From assembly GCA_963703285.1 (NCBI GenBank), contig OY969807.1, forward strand, positions 224,001 to 288,000: a stretch of 64,000 nt of DNA, written 5' to 3'. The notes under the pieces were generated by a model that had not been told where the DNA came from, ran no database searches, and worked only from the letters and a program-made list of their open reading frames with translations. The position numbers and the translations under genes were made by a program. Origin of the DNA: an uncultured Nitrososphaerota archaeon. GTDB lineage: Archaea; Thermoproteota; Nitrososphaeria; Nitrososphaerales; Gagatemarchaeaceae. Below, one piece after another: positions 17,395 to 27,273 of this stretch; positions within the stretch are counted from its first letter, which is position 1; every line of letters starts with the position of its first letter.

Positions 17395-18708
17395 TTGGAA
17401 GAGCTGTTGACGGTTGACCAGATCAGAGCCAGGATTGGGCAGCCCATCCGCGTCTCCGGATGGGTGCATGACGTCCGGCTGCTCGGAGGGATCAACTTCG
17501 TCCTCCTGAGGAACAGGGAGGGCATCGTCCAGATAACCACGCCCAAGAAGAGCGTCACCCAGGCCGTCTTCGACGCCGTCTCGACCCTCCATCCCGAGGA
17601 CGTCATCCTCTGCGTCGGGACCGTCAAGGAATCCAAGATCGCGAGGAACGGCTTCGAGATAATCCCCGAGTCGCTCAGCGTCGTCAGCGCCTCTGCGACG
17701 CCCCTCCCCCTCGACCCCAGGGGGGTCACCGACGCTAACCTCGACACGAGGCTCCAGTGGCGCACCCTCGACCTGCGTAGGCCTGAGACGACAGCCGTCT
17801 TCAAGATCGAGGCGGCGGCGATTCAGGGGATGGAGTCGTACCTCCGGGAGCAGGGGTTCCTCCAGGTCTTCACGCCGAGCATCCTCGGAGGCGTCTCGGA
17901 GGGCGGCTCAGAGGTGTTCAAGCTAGACTTCTACGGGAAGCCGGCCTTCCTCCGCCAGGACCCGCAGCTCCACAGGCAGCTCGCAATCGCCGGGGGCCTC
18001 GGCAGGGTGTACGACCTCGGGCCGAACTGGCGCGCCGAGCTTTCGCACACGCCCCGGCACATCAGCGAGCACAGGACCATAGCCGCCGAGATGTCGTTCA
18101 TCGCCGACGAGAGGGACACGATGCGCGCGGAGGAAGGGATGATAGTCTCGGGGATCAGGTCGGTGGTGAGTTCATGCGGACCGGAGCTCTCGCTCCTGAA
18201 GGTCTCCCTCGAGGAACCCAAGACGCCGTTCCCAGAGCTGAAGTTCCCGGAGATTTACCCGACCCTCGAGAGCCTCGGCCACAGGCTCCCGGAGGACCAG
18301 GACCTCGACCGCGAGTCGGAGAAGCTCCTGAGCGAGCACGTGAAGAGGGAGTTCGGCTCCGACTTCTTCTTCGTGAACAGGTTCCCATCCAAGGTCAAGC
18401 CGTTCTACGTGATGCACGTCGACGAAGAACCCAGGTACGCCAGGTCGGTCGACATGATGTACAAGGGGCTCGAGCTGTCCTCCGGGGGCCAGCGGGAGCA
18501 CCGCCATGACAAGATCATCGAGCAAATCCGCGGCGCGGGAATGGACGAGGAAGGATTGAAATGGTTCACAGAGCCGTTCAGGTACGGCGTCCCTCCCCAC
18601 GGAGGGTTCTCCGTAGGGATCGAGCGGCTCACCGCCCAGATGCTCAACCTATCGAACGTGAAGGAAGCGGCCCTGTTCCCGAGAGACACGGAGAGACTGC
18701 AACCCTAG
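17395..18708 (+). CDS. aspS: Aspartate--tRNA ligase (archaeal type)
   Basis: GWVH..R.LGG..F..LR, EGG.EVF, WRAE.SHT.RH, SSGGQREH, PPHGG...GIERL, LFPRD. Confidence 0.95.
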   Translation: MEELLTVDQIRARIGQPIRVSGWVHDVRLLGGINFVLLRNREGIVQITTPKKSVTQAVFDAVSTLHPEDVILCVGTVKESKIARNGFEIIPESLSVVSASATPLPLDPRGVTDANLDTRLQWRTLDLRRPETTAVFKIEAAAIQGMESYLREQGFLQVFTPSILGGVSEGGSEVFKLDFYGKPAFLRQDPQLHRQLAIAGGLGRVYDLGPNWRAELSHTPRHISEHRTIAAEMSFIADERDTMRAEEGMIVSGIRSVVSSCGPELSLLKVSLEEPKTPFPELKFPEIYPTLESLGHRLPEDQDLDRESEKLLSEHVKREFGSDFFFVNRFPSKVKPFYVMHVDEEPRYARSVDMMYKGLELSSGGQREHRHDKIIEQIRGAGMDEEGLKWFTEPFRYGVPPHGGFSVGIERLTAQMLNLSNVKEAALFPRDTERLQP

Positions 18709-18730
18709 GGGCCGTCGGGCCCGGGCGGTG

Positions 18731-19282
18731 TCAGAGCCGGACCGTCGCTTCGCGCTCGAACTCCACCATGAGCTCGATCCCCTTGACCTGCTTGACTATC
18801 CTCTTGAGGAGCTCTATCTCGCCTGCCAGCCGCTCCACCCGCCGCCCGGGGATTATCGCCTTCGTGAGCTTGCTGCCGTCGGGCAGCCAGACCGTGTTGA
18901 CCGTAAGGAGCCTGATGGGGTAGAAGAGGTCTTCCAGGAAACGCCTCTCCGAGTTCGAGGCTGCAATCACCCAGACCCTCCCCTTCAGCAACTCCTCGAG
19001 CTTCTGCTTTATCTCCGGCTTCGACCTCACTATCGCCGCATCAGACTGCTCGACCTCGAGGACGTAGTTCCCCTCGACACCGAAGCTCCTCAGGAGGGTC
19101 ATCTTGTTGACGTCCGGTATCTTCTCGGCGAGCTTCACCAGGGCACGGGATGCCTGTATGTCAGCTTCAGTTATCTGGCCTGCCGTGAGCTTCGCCTGGC
19201 ACTTGGCACAGAGGATGCCGGTTTTCGCATCGAAGGCGCAAATCGGAATTCTCAGTGGCAAGTTACGAGAAGGCCGTTCCAC
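18731..19282 (-). CDS. NusA-like KH-domain protein with N-terminal Cys motif
   Basis: PICAFDAKTGILC.KC, VNTVWLPDGS; archaeal NusA paralog pattern. Confidence 0.75.
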   Translation of the reverse strand: MERPSRNLPLRIPICAFDAKTGILCAKCQAKLTAGQITEADIQASRALVKLAEKIPDVNKMTLLRSFGVEGNYVLEVEQSDAAIVRSKPEIKQKLEELLKGRVWVIAASNSERRFLEDLFYPIRLLTVNTVWLPDGSKLTKAIIPGRRVERLAGEIELLKRIVKQVKGIELMVEFEREATVRL

Positions 19283-19345
19283 TCATCAAATATAAAAATA
19301 TCGGCTCAAAACCACTCGGCCGGAAACCCGAGCCCCGCCCGCCGG

Positions 19346-19630
19346 TCACTTTGAGAGGTGGATTTCCATCGAGCTGACGTCGCTCGACGCACCCGTGTCG
19401 ACGCTCCTCACATACTCGGTGCCGAGTTCGATGCTCTTCACCGTGACTTCGGGGACGAACTTCTTGGTCAGTATCTGGGCGGCGTCGACGGCCCTCGAGA
19501 TCGCCCTCCCCCTGGCCTTGAGGGTGATGTCCGTCGTCCCGTCCTGGAAGAGCGTCAGGCACGCCAGGACGTAGCTCATCACCGGCTTCTTGCCCACGAA
19601 GACGACGCTGTCGTTTCGTTGCTCGACCAT
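19346..19630 (-). CDS. albA: DNA/RNA-binding protein Alba
   Basis: VFVGKKPVMSYVLA, KARGRAISRAVD, VSSMEI.L. Confidence 0.95.
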   Translation of the reverse strand: MVEQRNDSVVFVGKKPVMSYVLACLTLFQDGTTDITLKARGRAISRAVDAAQILTKKFVPEVTVKSIELGTEYVRSVDTGASSDVSSMEIHLSK

Positions 19631-19741
19631 GATTTTCTCAAAACTGCGAAAAGCCTGTCGTTATTTATCCTTAGTGGAGGGACGGTCCCATCCGCCTTCC
19701 CGTCCGCTAGGTTTATGCAAGGTTGGCCGGCCATGTGGGAC

Positions 19742-20839
19742 GTGCGTCTCTTCGAGTACCAGGGGAAGGAACTCTTCGAGAAGTACGGAATCCCCGTCCC
19801 CGCCTCCACCATCATCAGATCCCTTCAGGAGCTCGACGCGGGTCTCCGGGAGGTCGGCCTCCCCGCGGTCCTGAAGTCGCAGGTCCTGGCCGGGGGCCGG
19901 GGGAAGGCCGGGGGGGTAGCTCTGGTGAGGACCGAAGACGAGGCTCGAGGAGAGGCCGCACGGATAATGGAGCTCCGCATCGGCGGCGAGAAGCCCAGCG
20001 CGCTCCTCCTCGAGAGGGCCGCCCCGCACGACGGGGAGATCTACCTGTCCGTGACCCTCGACCGAGCGAGACGTTCCTTCGTCGTCATAGCCTCTAGAAC
20101 GGGAGGAGTCGAGGTGGAGTCCGCGGAGGGAAGGATCGTCGAGCCTATCCCGGTCGACGGCATCCCGCCGGCAGAGGCCGAGTCCGTGGCGCTCCGAGTC
20201 GGACTCTCCGGGAACCAGAAGGAACAGTTCGCCATCGTCCTCCGTAACCTGGAACGCCTCTCCAGGGAGGAGGAGTGCGAGCTCGCCGAGATCAACCCCC
20301 TCGTATTCTCAGAGGAGGGCTCACTGCTCGCGCTCGACGCCAAGGTCATCCTCGACGACAACGCGCTCTTCAGGCACCCCGAGTTCTCGCAGCTCCCACC
20401 CGAAGACCCCCTCGAGGGCGAGGCGGCCAAGGAAGGGTTCGCCTTCGTCCGGTTGGACGGCGACCTCGCGGTCGTCGGGAACGGAGCGGGGCTCGTCCTC
20501 TCGACGCTCGACCTCGTCGCCGACGCTGGTGGAAGGCCCGCCTGCTTCCTCGACCTGGGGGGAGGGTCGCAGAGGGAGAGGGTCGAGGCTGCCCTGAGGC
20601 TGGTCCGGAAGCTTCCGAACGCCAAGAGGGTGCTCGTCAACATCTTCGGCGGGATAACACGGACCACGGACGTCGCCGATGGCCTCAGGGCCGTCCTCGG
20701 CGAGGGCGGAATGCCTCCGGTCTATGCCCGCATCAGCGGAGCGGAGGAGGAGAGGGCGCGCGCAACGCTTGTTGGAACGAGGGTCAAGCTGTTCAGCTCG
20801 GCCCCTGAAGCGGTGAGGGCTGCGGTGGACTCACTGTGA
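19742..20839 (+). CDS. sucC: Succinyl-CoA synthetase beta subunit
   Basis: LFEYQGKELF, KSQV.AGGRGKAGG, EINPL, DDNALFRH, NGAGL, NIFGGI. Confidence 0.93.
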   Translation: MRLFEYQGKELFEKYGIPVPASTIIRSLQELDAGLREVGLPAVLKSQVLAGGRGKAGGVALVRTEDEARGEAARIMELRIGGEKPSALLLERAAPHDGEIYLSVTLDRARRSFVVIASRTGGVEVESAEGRIVEPIPVDGIPPAEAESVALRVGLSGNQKEQFAIVLRNLERLSREEECELAEINPLVFSEEGSLLALDAKVILDDNALFRHPEFSQLPPEDPLEGEAAKEGFAFVRLDGDLAVVGNGAGLVLSTLDLVADAGGRPACFLDLGGGSQRERVEAALRLVRKLPNAKRVLVNIFGGITRTTDVADGLRAVLGEGGMPPVYARISGAEEERARATLVGTRVKLFSSAPEAVRAAVDSL

Positions 20840-21711
20840 TGCTTCCCGGGAGGGACTCACCGGTCATCGTGCAGGGTATCACCGGGAAGTACGGCAGCCT
20901 CCACGCAGGGCTCATGCAGCAGTACGGAACGAACGTGGCTGCGGGTGTGACTCCAGGCAGGGGCGGCGAGGCGGTGGGCGGAGTTCGGGTCTACGACACC
21001 GTGGCCGAGGCGGTCGCCAAGACGGGGGCGGCGAGTTCAATACTCTTCGTGCCCGCGCCGCACTTCCTCTCCGCGGCTGAAGAGGCGATTCTTGCGGGCG
21101 TCCGCCTCGTCGTCGCAATCACGGAGCGCGTCCCCATAAGAGACGAAATCAGGCTGGTCGAACTTGCCCGAGCCCACGGCGCCACAATCATAGGCCCAAA
21201 CACGCCGGGACTGATAATCCCATCCCAGCGGCTAAAGCTTGGGATTATGCCGGCCAACTCGTTCATGCCTGGCAACGTCGCCCTTTTCTCCCGGAGCGGC
21301 ACCCTGATGTACGAGATTGCGAACCAGCTCTCCTCCAGGGGCTTCGGACAGGCGATTGCTGTCGGCGTGGGCGGGGACCCGATCAACGGGTCCACGATAA
21401 CCGAGTTCTTCGAGCTCGTGCGGAACCGCGGAGACGTCGGGGCGGTCGTGACCGTGGGAGAGATAGGCGGCGACTCCGAGGAGAGGCTGGCCAAGTACAT
21501 CTCCGAGACCAGGTACACGAAGCCGGTCTTCGCCTACGTCGCGGGGAGAGCCGCCCCGACGGAGAAGCGGATGGGGCACGCCGGCGCCATAATCTACGGT
21601 AGCTACGGGACAGCCGAATCCAAGATAGAGGCGTTCCGCGCCGCCGGGGTCAAGGTCGCCATGGCCCCCTCCGAGATACCGGACCTCCTCGCTTCGACTC
21701 TCAAAGGGTAG
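20836..21711 (+). CDS. sucD: Succinyl-CoA synthetase alpha subunit
   Basis: VQGITG, GPNTPG, SRSGTL.YE, GEIGG, RMGHAGA. Confidence 0.95.
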   Translation: MMLPGRDSPVIVQGITGKYGSLHAGLMQQYGTNVAAGVTPGRGGEAVGGVRVYDTVAEAVAKTGAASSILFVPAPHFLSAAEEAILAGVRLVVAITERVPIRDEIRLVELARAHGATIIGPNTPGLIIPSQRLKLGIMPANSFMPGNVALFSRSGTLMYEIANQLSSRGFGQAIAVGVGGDPINGSTITEFFELVRNRGDVGAVVTVGEIGGDSEERLAKYISETRYTKPVFAYVAGRAAPTEKRMGHAGAIIYGSYGTAESKIEAFRAAGVKVAMAPSEIPDLLASTLKG

Positions 21712-22792
21712 GGGGAGCTTCCTGACCGACTTGGGCGAAGCGCACGAAGGGGGCGACCTCCTTCTTGATGACCCTCTCGACCGTCAGGTCGAGGACGACC
21801 TCTGCGATGTCCCGGGCGTACTCGGCGATTCGTTTCTGTGAGTCCCCTATCACGTTCAGAGCCTGGCCGGTCTGGCTGTCCCTCTCCCCGCCGACACCCA
21901 ACATTCCGTCCTCCGAATCCCTGAATCGCCTCGCTTCCTGAATGACGGCATCGGCGCCGCCATGGTCTCTCTTGAAGAGCGACAGGAGTGCCTCATCGAC
22001 CAGCCTGGCAGCTCGCTCGCTCGTCGCACCAAGCCTGACGGTAGCCTGTTTCGGGAGCGGTCCATCGAGTCGGACGGCCACCTCCGCCATCCTTGCCGCG
22101 TGCGACGCAATCCGTTCCAGAGTCCTGGCTACCTGCGTGTACACGAGGATGTCCCTCGGCTCGAGTATAGCCTCCCTCGAGATTCCTTGGTTGATGGACA
22201 TGTTCAGCTGGCGCATGACGTAACGGCTGAACCTTCCAACCTCGTCCTCTCTCTGCATCACCCCCTCTGCGAGAGCCTTGTCTCCGTTCTCGAGCGCCGA
22301 GACCGAGTCTCTGTGCATGGAATCGGTAATGAAAAGCATCTTCTTGAGAGCGTTGTCGACGCTCAGTTCGGAGTACCCGAGAAGGACGTGGATGGTCAAC
22401 CTGTCCCTCGTGTCTGCCACAGCCTCCGCGCCGATAAGCTGCCTCCTTACGAGGTCCTTGATGGCGTCCCTCGCGGTCGGGCTCAAGAGCGAATTCCCTC
22501 CTCTCACGCTAATCCGGCTGTAGCCGAGAATGTAGAGGGACACTATCTTCCTGAAGAGCGTGTCCGGGTTGTCACGTTCGGAGACGTCAATCGTCGCGTC
22601 CTGCTTCTCCCTGACCGGCTCGCTGACGTCGGCGGTGATGAGGAGGGATGATAGGCTCGGCCTAGTAATCAGTATCTCCGAACCCTGCTGCAGACCCATC
22701 TCCTTCACCCACTTCTTTGGCAGGGCGACCATGCACGATGACTTGCCAGAGACCTGGACCTTGCGCCTCTCCTTTTCTAGTAGTGCGACCAT
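21701..22792 (-). CDS. AbrB-PhoU phosphate uptake regulator
   Basis: RKVQ.SG.SS..VALPK.W AbrB domain followed by PhoU repeats (LERIASHA, RIAEYA.DIAE). Confidence 0.9.
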   Translation of the reverse strand: MVALLEKERRKVQVSGKSSCMVALPKKWVKEMGLQQGSEILITRPSLSSLLITADVSEPVREKQDATIDVSERDNPDTLFRKIVSLYILGYSRISVRGGNSLLSPTARDAIKDLVRRQLIGAEAVADTRDRLTIHVLLGYSELSVDNALKKMLFITDSMHRDSVSALENGDKALAEGVMQREDEVGRFSRYVMRQLNMSINQGISREAILEPRDILVYTQVARTLERIASHAARMAEVAVRLDGPLPKQATVRLGATSERAARLVDEALLSLFKRDHGGADAVIQEARRFRDSEDGMLGVGGERDSQTGQALNVIGDSQKRIAEYARDIAEVVLDLTVERVIKKEVAPFVRFAQVGQEAPPTL

Positions 22793-22980
22793 TCTATTCA
22801 CTTGTTTGAGCGGGATAAGCATTTGCCCCGCGTCTATTTATCCCTTGGTAATTCTATATTGGCAATAGGTTTTTCATGCCTGATATAGCTTTCAACACCG
22901 AACGACGGGTTATTACCCCACTTGCATTCCCTCTGCGTCTGTAAATGCTTGGTCTGGTTGTCACGATCTTTTTCTTAGCT

Positions 22981-24507
22981 TCACGTGACGACCACCGTGA
23001 AGTAGACGGACCTGTAGATGCTCCCGTTCGTTATCGTGGCGGCCGCGATGTAGGTCCCGGGCTGGATGCTGCTCGCCGCGGAGATGCTCAGGTTCACCGT
23101 GCTCCCGCCGGAATCAGCCACAGGGCTGCCTGGAGTAAACGTCAACAGCTTCGCCGTCCCGTTGTTGAACTCGTTGTCGGAGAACTGTAGCGTGACGTTC
23201 TTTGCTTGGACGGCTCCAGAGAGGTCCAGCGTCAGGTGCGTCGACCCGCCGGGCGCCAAGCTGATCGTGCTGCTGGACGTCGATATCGAGAACGGCGGGA
23301 CGTATGACCCGTTGACGAATCCCACGAACCCTCCAGCGGCGGCAAACCAGGCTCCGTCCTGGGCCAGCGCCATAGTGACCATGTTGGTACCTCCAGTCGG
23401 GTCTGTTATGGTCGTGAGATTGTACAGTGGCGGGTTCGAGACCTGGTACTCGGTCAGCTCTGTCGCGTTGTCGTAGATCACGCCCATCCTGTTGCCATAG
23501 TGCTCGTTGAACCAGACCGCCGTCCCGTTCGAAGCGTCGAAGTAGGTGAGCACCCAGGGCGTGTAGGGAACGGTCGAGGTGGGGTACAGGGTCCACGCAC
23601 CCGTCGTGAAGTTCAGGAAGGCCATCGCGGACGCGGAGTGCTCGGTCGCCCAGAGGCCACCCTCCCCGAGGGTGAAGCCCGTGGGTGCATATAGGGTCGC
23701 GTTCTGGCCCACGGCGGTGAACGTCGGGTTCGCCTGCTGCGGGTTGAACGAGAAGAGCGCAGCGACCTCAGGGTCTATGTAGTCGAGCGCCATGACGTAG
23801 CCGAGCGTGCTGTTCTTGAAGGCCATGTAGACAGTCTCCCAGTACTTGGTTACCGGTAACTGGTAGAGGCTCACTGCCCCTCCCGACTGGGCCACCTTCC
23901 CGATGTCGGGGAAGCCGAGCTCGGTGAACCAGAGGTTGTTGTCCGGCCCGACGGCAAGGGTGTATGGCTGTGACCCGTTGGCCAGATCGATGAGCTGGGT
24001 CTTCGCAGTGGACGGATTCACGCCCACCAGCCTGTTGTAGAGCATGTCGGCGGCCCAGACCGACCCGTTCCAGAGGGCGACGCCCCAGATCTCCGTCAGC
24101 TGCCCGCAGAAACTGATGTTCGAGTCGTAGGAGTAGGGCCACTTGTACTCCGTGAGCGTCCCGTTCTGAAAGAGGTGCGCGACTCCTGGCAGCCCCCACT
24201 CCCCGAACCAGACGGAGCCGTCGGGCGCCACAGTGATTCCGCTCGGAGTCCTGTTCGCGGTGACATTGTACTCTGTGATAGCCCCGAAGGTCGTGATCGG
24301 CACCTTCTGGTCGACCGCAAGGGGAGCGGTCGCGCACGCCTCGCTTGAGCTGCTGGTCGTGCTTGAGGTCGTGACTCCCTTCCCCGTTCCGACTAGCCCG
24401 AAAGAGTAGATGCCCGCGATCGCCGCGGTGATGAAGAGCGCCGCTGCGAGGACCGCGAGGTACTTCGGAACTGCGCTATTGCGCCGGTCCTTCCCCTCCC
24501 CGCCCAT
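22981..24507 (-). CDS. Membrane-anchored Vgb-like beta-propeller protein
   Basis: N-terminal TM; repeated P..I.V.PDG.VWF.E / GPDNNLWFTE blades; C-terminal Ig-like beta domain. Confidence 0.75.
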   Translation of the reverse strand: MGGEGKDRRNSAVPKYLAVLAAALFITAAIAGIYSFGLVGTGKGVTTSSTTSSSSEACATAPLAVDQKVPITTFGAITEYNVTANRTPSGITVAPDGSVWFGEWGLPGVAHLFQNGTLTEYKWPYSYDSNISFCGQLTEIWGVALWNGSVWAADMLYNRLVGVNPSTAKTQLIDLANGSQPYTLAVGPDNNLWFTELGFPDIGKVAQSGGAVSLYQLPVTKYWETVYMAFKNSTLGYVMALDYIDPEVAALFSFNPQQANPTFTAVGQNATLYAPTGFTLGEGGLWATEHSASAMAFLNFTTGAWTLYPTSTVPYTPWVLTYFDASNGTAVWFNEHYGNRMGVIYDNATELTEYQVSNPPLYNLTTITDPTGGTNMVTMALAQDGAWFAAAGGFVGFVNGSYVPPFSISTSSSTISLAPGGSTHLTLDLSGAVQAKNVTLQFSDNEFNNGTAKLLTFTPGSPVADSGGSTVNLSISAASSIQPGTYIAAATITNGSIYRSVYFTVVVT

Positions 24508-24588
24508 GAGCGAACGCTTTGGTCCGGAAAGTTAAGAGTTGTGGCTCAATCCAGCCAAAGAAAGTTCCCGGTCGTGGTTCGAGCCCTT

Positions 24589-25173
24589 CTAGGGATGGCT
24601 CTGAATCGTGATGCTCAGGACCTCGGCGTTTGTAGGGTCAAGCGGCTGACAGTTCAGGCCGCCGCTCGCCATGCAGTCGGGGCTCACCGGCAGGTTTGCA
24701 ATCTTCTCCACAACGTCCATGCCCACGACGACCCTGCCGAAGACGGTGTACTGCCCGTTGAGGAAGGAGTTGTCGGCCAGGTTGACGAAGAACTGCGAGC
24801 TCCCGCTGTTAGGATCGGACGTACGGGCCATCCCCAGGGAACCGATGCCGTTCTCATATCCCTCGTTGACCAGGGCCCGGCTGGTCTCGAGAGGGACGGT
24901 CTGGCTCGAACCGGTGCTGCCCCAGGTCAACGGGTTTCCTCCGCCGTTTCGGCTGGTGGGGTCGCCCGTCTGTATGGCGAAGCCCTTGACGATCCTGTGC
25001 CAGACCAGGTTGTTGTAGAACCCTGCGCTTGCGAGGCCGATGAAATTCGCCACAGTCTTCGGAGCGGCCTTTGGGAACAGTTCCACCTCAAACGTCCCCT
25101 GGGTTGTCGATACGACCGCCCGCTGGCCTGAACCGCCTGATGATGCCGTGCTCAAACCCTTCGGCACGGGCAC
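24589..25173 (-). CDS. Cyclophilin-type peptidyl-prolyl isomerase, copy 2 (no TM anchor)
   Basis: APKTVANF, WHRIV.GF.IQTGDP, MART, SSQFFVN, YTVFGRV; start uncertain (GTG 25173). Confidence 0.85.
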   Translation of the reverse strand: MPVPKGLSTASSGGSGQRAVVSTTQGTFEVELFPKAAPKTVANFIGLASAGFYNNLVWHRIVKGFAIQTGDPTSRNGGGNPLTWGSTGSSQTVPLETSRALVNEGYENGIGSLGMARTSDPNSGSSQFFVNLADNSFLNGQYTVFGRVVVGMDVVEKIANLPVSPDCMASGGLNCQPLDPTNAEVLSITIQSHP

Positions 25174-25226
25174 CGAGGGCCGGGTATTAGGACCCTTGGG
25201 CTCGCCACTCGCGGGCTCTCGTCTGA

Positions 25227-25946
25227 TTATTGCGTGCTCTGGATCATGACGCTGATCAGGAGAGCTTGGCTTGGGTTCGACGGTGGACACGTGAGACCGT
25301 TGGTGCTCGCGCACGAGGATGCGACCGGTAGTGCCCCGATCGCTTGCACGACGTTCATGCCGCTGACGACCATCCCAAAGACGGCGTACCCCGAGCCGAG
25401 CGTGGAGGTGTTGTCCTTCAGGTTGATGAAGAATTGGGATGACGCCCCGTCGCCTCCCGGACTGGTGTTGGCCATCGCCACGTAACCCTCTCCCTCCGGC
25501 AGCCCGCTGTTCTCGAAGGGAATGGTCGTCCCCGAGCCTCCCGCACCCCAATCGCTCTCGTCACTCGGGTCACCCCTCGTGTTCGGGTCGCCAGTCTGTA
25601 TGATGAACCCGGCGACGATTCGGTGCCAGACGAGGTCGTTGTAGAACCCCGAGTCCGCGAGCTTGACGAAGTTCGCCACCGTCTGAGGAGCGTCCTGCGG
25701 GTAGAGTTCGATGACTATCGTGCCCTGACTCGTATCGAGCACGGCGTACTCAGGGCTCCCGGGGGAGCTCGATGCGCTGCTCGTGCTAGCGGTCGAGTTC
25801 GTGCCCGTGCCGCTCCCAGCGCTCCGCCCCGCGACCTCGTACACTGCGGCTACAGCCACGACGAGTATCGCGACGACCGCGATGCTTAGGTAGAGGTTGC
25901 GCCGGGATGAACTCTTGGCTCTCCTGGACTTGCGCGCCATAGCCAC
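25227..25946 (-). CDS. Cyclophilin-type peptidyl-prolyl isomerase, copy 1 (membrane-anchored/exported)
   Basis: Basic N-terminus + TM; APQTVANF, WHRIVAGFIIQTGDP, SSQFFIN, YAVFG. Confidence 0.9.
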   Translation of the reverse strand: MAMARKSRRAKSSSRRNLYLSIAVVAILVVAVAAVYEVAGRSAGSGTGTNSTASTSSASSSPGSPEYAVLDTSQGTIVIELYPQDAPQTVANFVKLADSGFYNDLVWHRIVAGFIIQTGDPNTRGDPSDESDWGAGGSGTTIPFENSGLPEGEGYVAMANTSPGGDGASSQFFINLKDNTSTLGSGYAVFGMVVSGMNVVQAIGALPVASSCASTNGLTCPPSNPSQALLISVMIQSTQ

Positions 25947-26051
25947 CGGTGGCGTTTCAAGGGGAGTTTATTATCGTTCCCCGTCCCGGGACGATTGTTC
26001 GCGAAAAGTCCTTAAGGGGGACGGGCCCGGCTCGGGGAGAATCGATTAGAA

Positions 26052-26219
26052 TTGCCAATAGCCGACTCCACCAAGAAGCAGATCGCCCAGAAGAAGCGAC
26101 TCTTCCTCAAGGTATGTCTCAAGTGCGGCTCGAGGAACCCGCTCGCCGCGACGAGGTGCAGGAAGTGCCACGCGTCGGACCTCCGCCTGAAGAACAGGTC
26201 AGTGGGCCTCAAGAAGTAG
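26052..26219 (+). CDS. rpl40e: 50S ribosomal protein L40e (absent from ORF track)
   Basis: TTG start; MPIADSTKKQIAQKKRLFLKVCLKCGSRNPLAATRCRKCHASDLRLKNRSVGLKK. Confidence 0.93.
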   Translation: MPIADSTKKQIAQKKRLFLKVCLKCGSRNPLAATRCRKCHASDLRLKNRSVGLKK

Positions 26220-26264
26220 AACCAAGAGAGTTGGAGGGATTAATCGACGGACGTCTCGTTCGTC

Positions 26265-27113
26265 TTGGGCGCGGGCGTCCTCCTCGGGGTCGTCCAGGGC
26301 ATTAGCGAATGGCTGCCGATCAGCAGCAAGACTCAGATCCTGATAGTCTCCTCCCTCGTCCTGGGCCTCAGCTTCAACGAAGGCTACACGCTTGGTCTGT
26401 TCCTTGAGGTAGGCTCGTTCATCGCCGCCGTCATCTACTTCCGGAGGGAGGTCTGGCTCGTCCTGAGGTCCATCGGGGGACGGGGGACCAGGGAGGGTTT
26501 CCTGCTGCTGAAGTATCTGGTCGTGCTGACGGCGATAACCGCCGTCATTGGGGTTGCGATCTACGTCTCGGTCTCTTCCCTGAACCTGGGTAGCGCCATA
26601 GGCGTCCCCATGATTGTGCTGGGGGCGGTTCTCATCCTCGACGGAGTACTCATCACAGTGTCCCGGTCGAGGTACACCCCCCGCCTGACGCTCGAGACGA
26701 TGAAGCTCCGCGACCTCGTCGCGATAGGGTTCGCCCAGGGACTGTCGGCGTTCCCGGGCGTGAGCCGCTCGGGCGTCACCGTCTCATCCATGCTCCTGCT
26801 GGGCACGGACGGCAAGGACGCGTTCAGGCTGTCCTTCCTCGCCCTGATTCCCGCATCCGTAGGGGCCACGGCCGTGACGGTCCTCTTCTCCCGCCATGAC
26901 ATATCCAGCAGCCTCAGCCTCCTCTCCCCGGCCACCGTCCTGGTGGCCATCGCCGTCACCGCGGTGGTGGGTCTCGCGACCATAAGGTGGCTCCTCCGCG
27001 TAGCCTCCACCGAGAGGATAGCGACGCTCGTCTTCGCTCTGGGCGCGCTCGCCATCCTCGGCGGCCTGCTGGGAGTGGTCTTCGGCGCCTCCGCCGGCGT
27101 CGCCGGGTCGTGA
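26265..27113 (+). CDS. uppP: Undecaprenyl-diphosphate phosphatase (UppP/BacA family)
   Basis: GVVQGISEWLPISS, GFAQG...FPGVSRSG.T, AFRLSFL. Confidence 0.88.
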   Translation: MGAGVLLGVVQGISEWLPISSKTQILIVSSLVLGLSFNEGYTLGLFLEVGSFIAAVIYFRREVWLVLRSIGGRGTREGFLLLKYLVVLTAITAVIGVAIYVSVSSLNLGSAIGVPMIVLGAVLILDGVLITVSRSRYTPRLTLETMKLRDLVAIGFAQGLSAFPGVSRSGVTVSSMLLLGTDGKDAFRLSFLALIPASVGATAVTVLFSRHDISSSLSLLSPATVLVAIAVTAVVGLATIRWLLRVASTERIATLVFALGALAILGGLLGVVFGASAGVAGS

Positions 27114-27273
27114 AGCGCTCGCCAGATGGTCAGGTTCAGTATCCCGATGGATTTCCTGTCCATCACCTTGAGATAGAGCCGGTGCTCGGGTGGGACCTTA
27201 TGGCTCCGGCGAAGGAAGGCCGGACTGGGGGCGGGAAGCCGAAGTGAGCTGCCACACGCACCTTCTTCTTCTT

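Noticed and set aside
19358-19741. Apparent 128-aa N-terminal extension of SucC
   Set aside because: It overlaps albA on the opposite strand; SucC homology begins at GTG 19742.
22981-24507. Virginiamycin B lyase as an antibiotic resistance gene
   Set aside because: Only the propeller repeat is shared; the protein is membrane-anchored with an extra domain.
25173-25230. Stop-codon readthrough joining the two cyclophilins
   Set aside because: The ORFs are in different frames, the stop is TAA, and no slippery site is evident.
27115-27205. Coding-like minus-strand stretch (HRLYLKVMDRKSIGILNLTIW) between uppP and the cyclase gene
   Set aside because: Could be a gene remnant, but it has no start and no family I can recognise.
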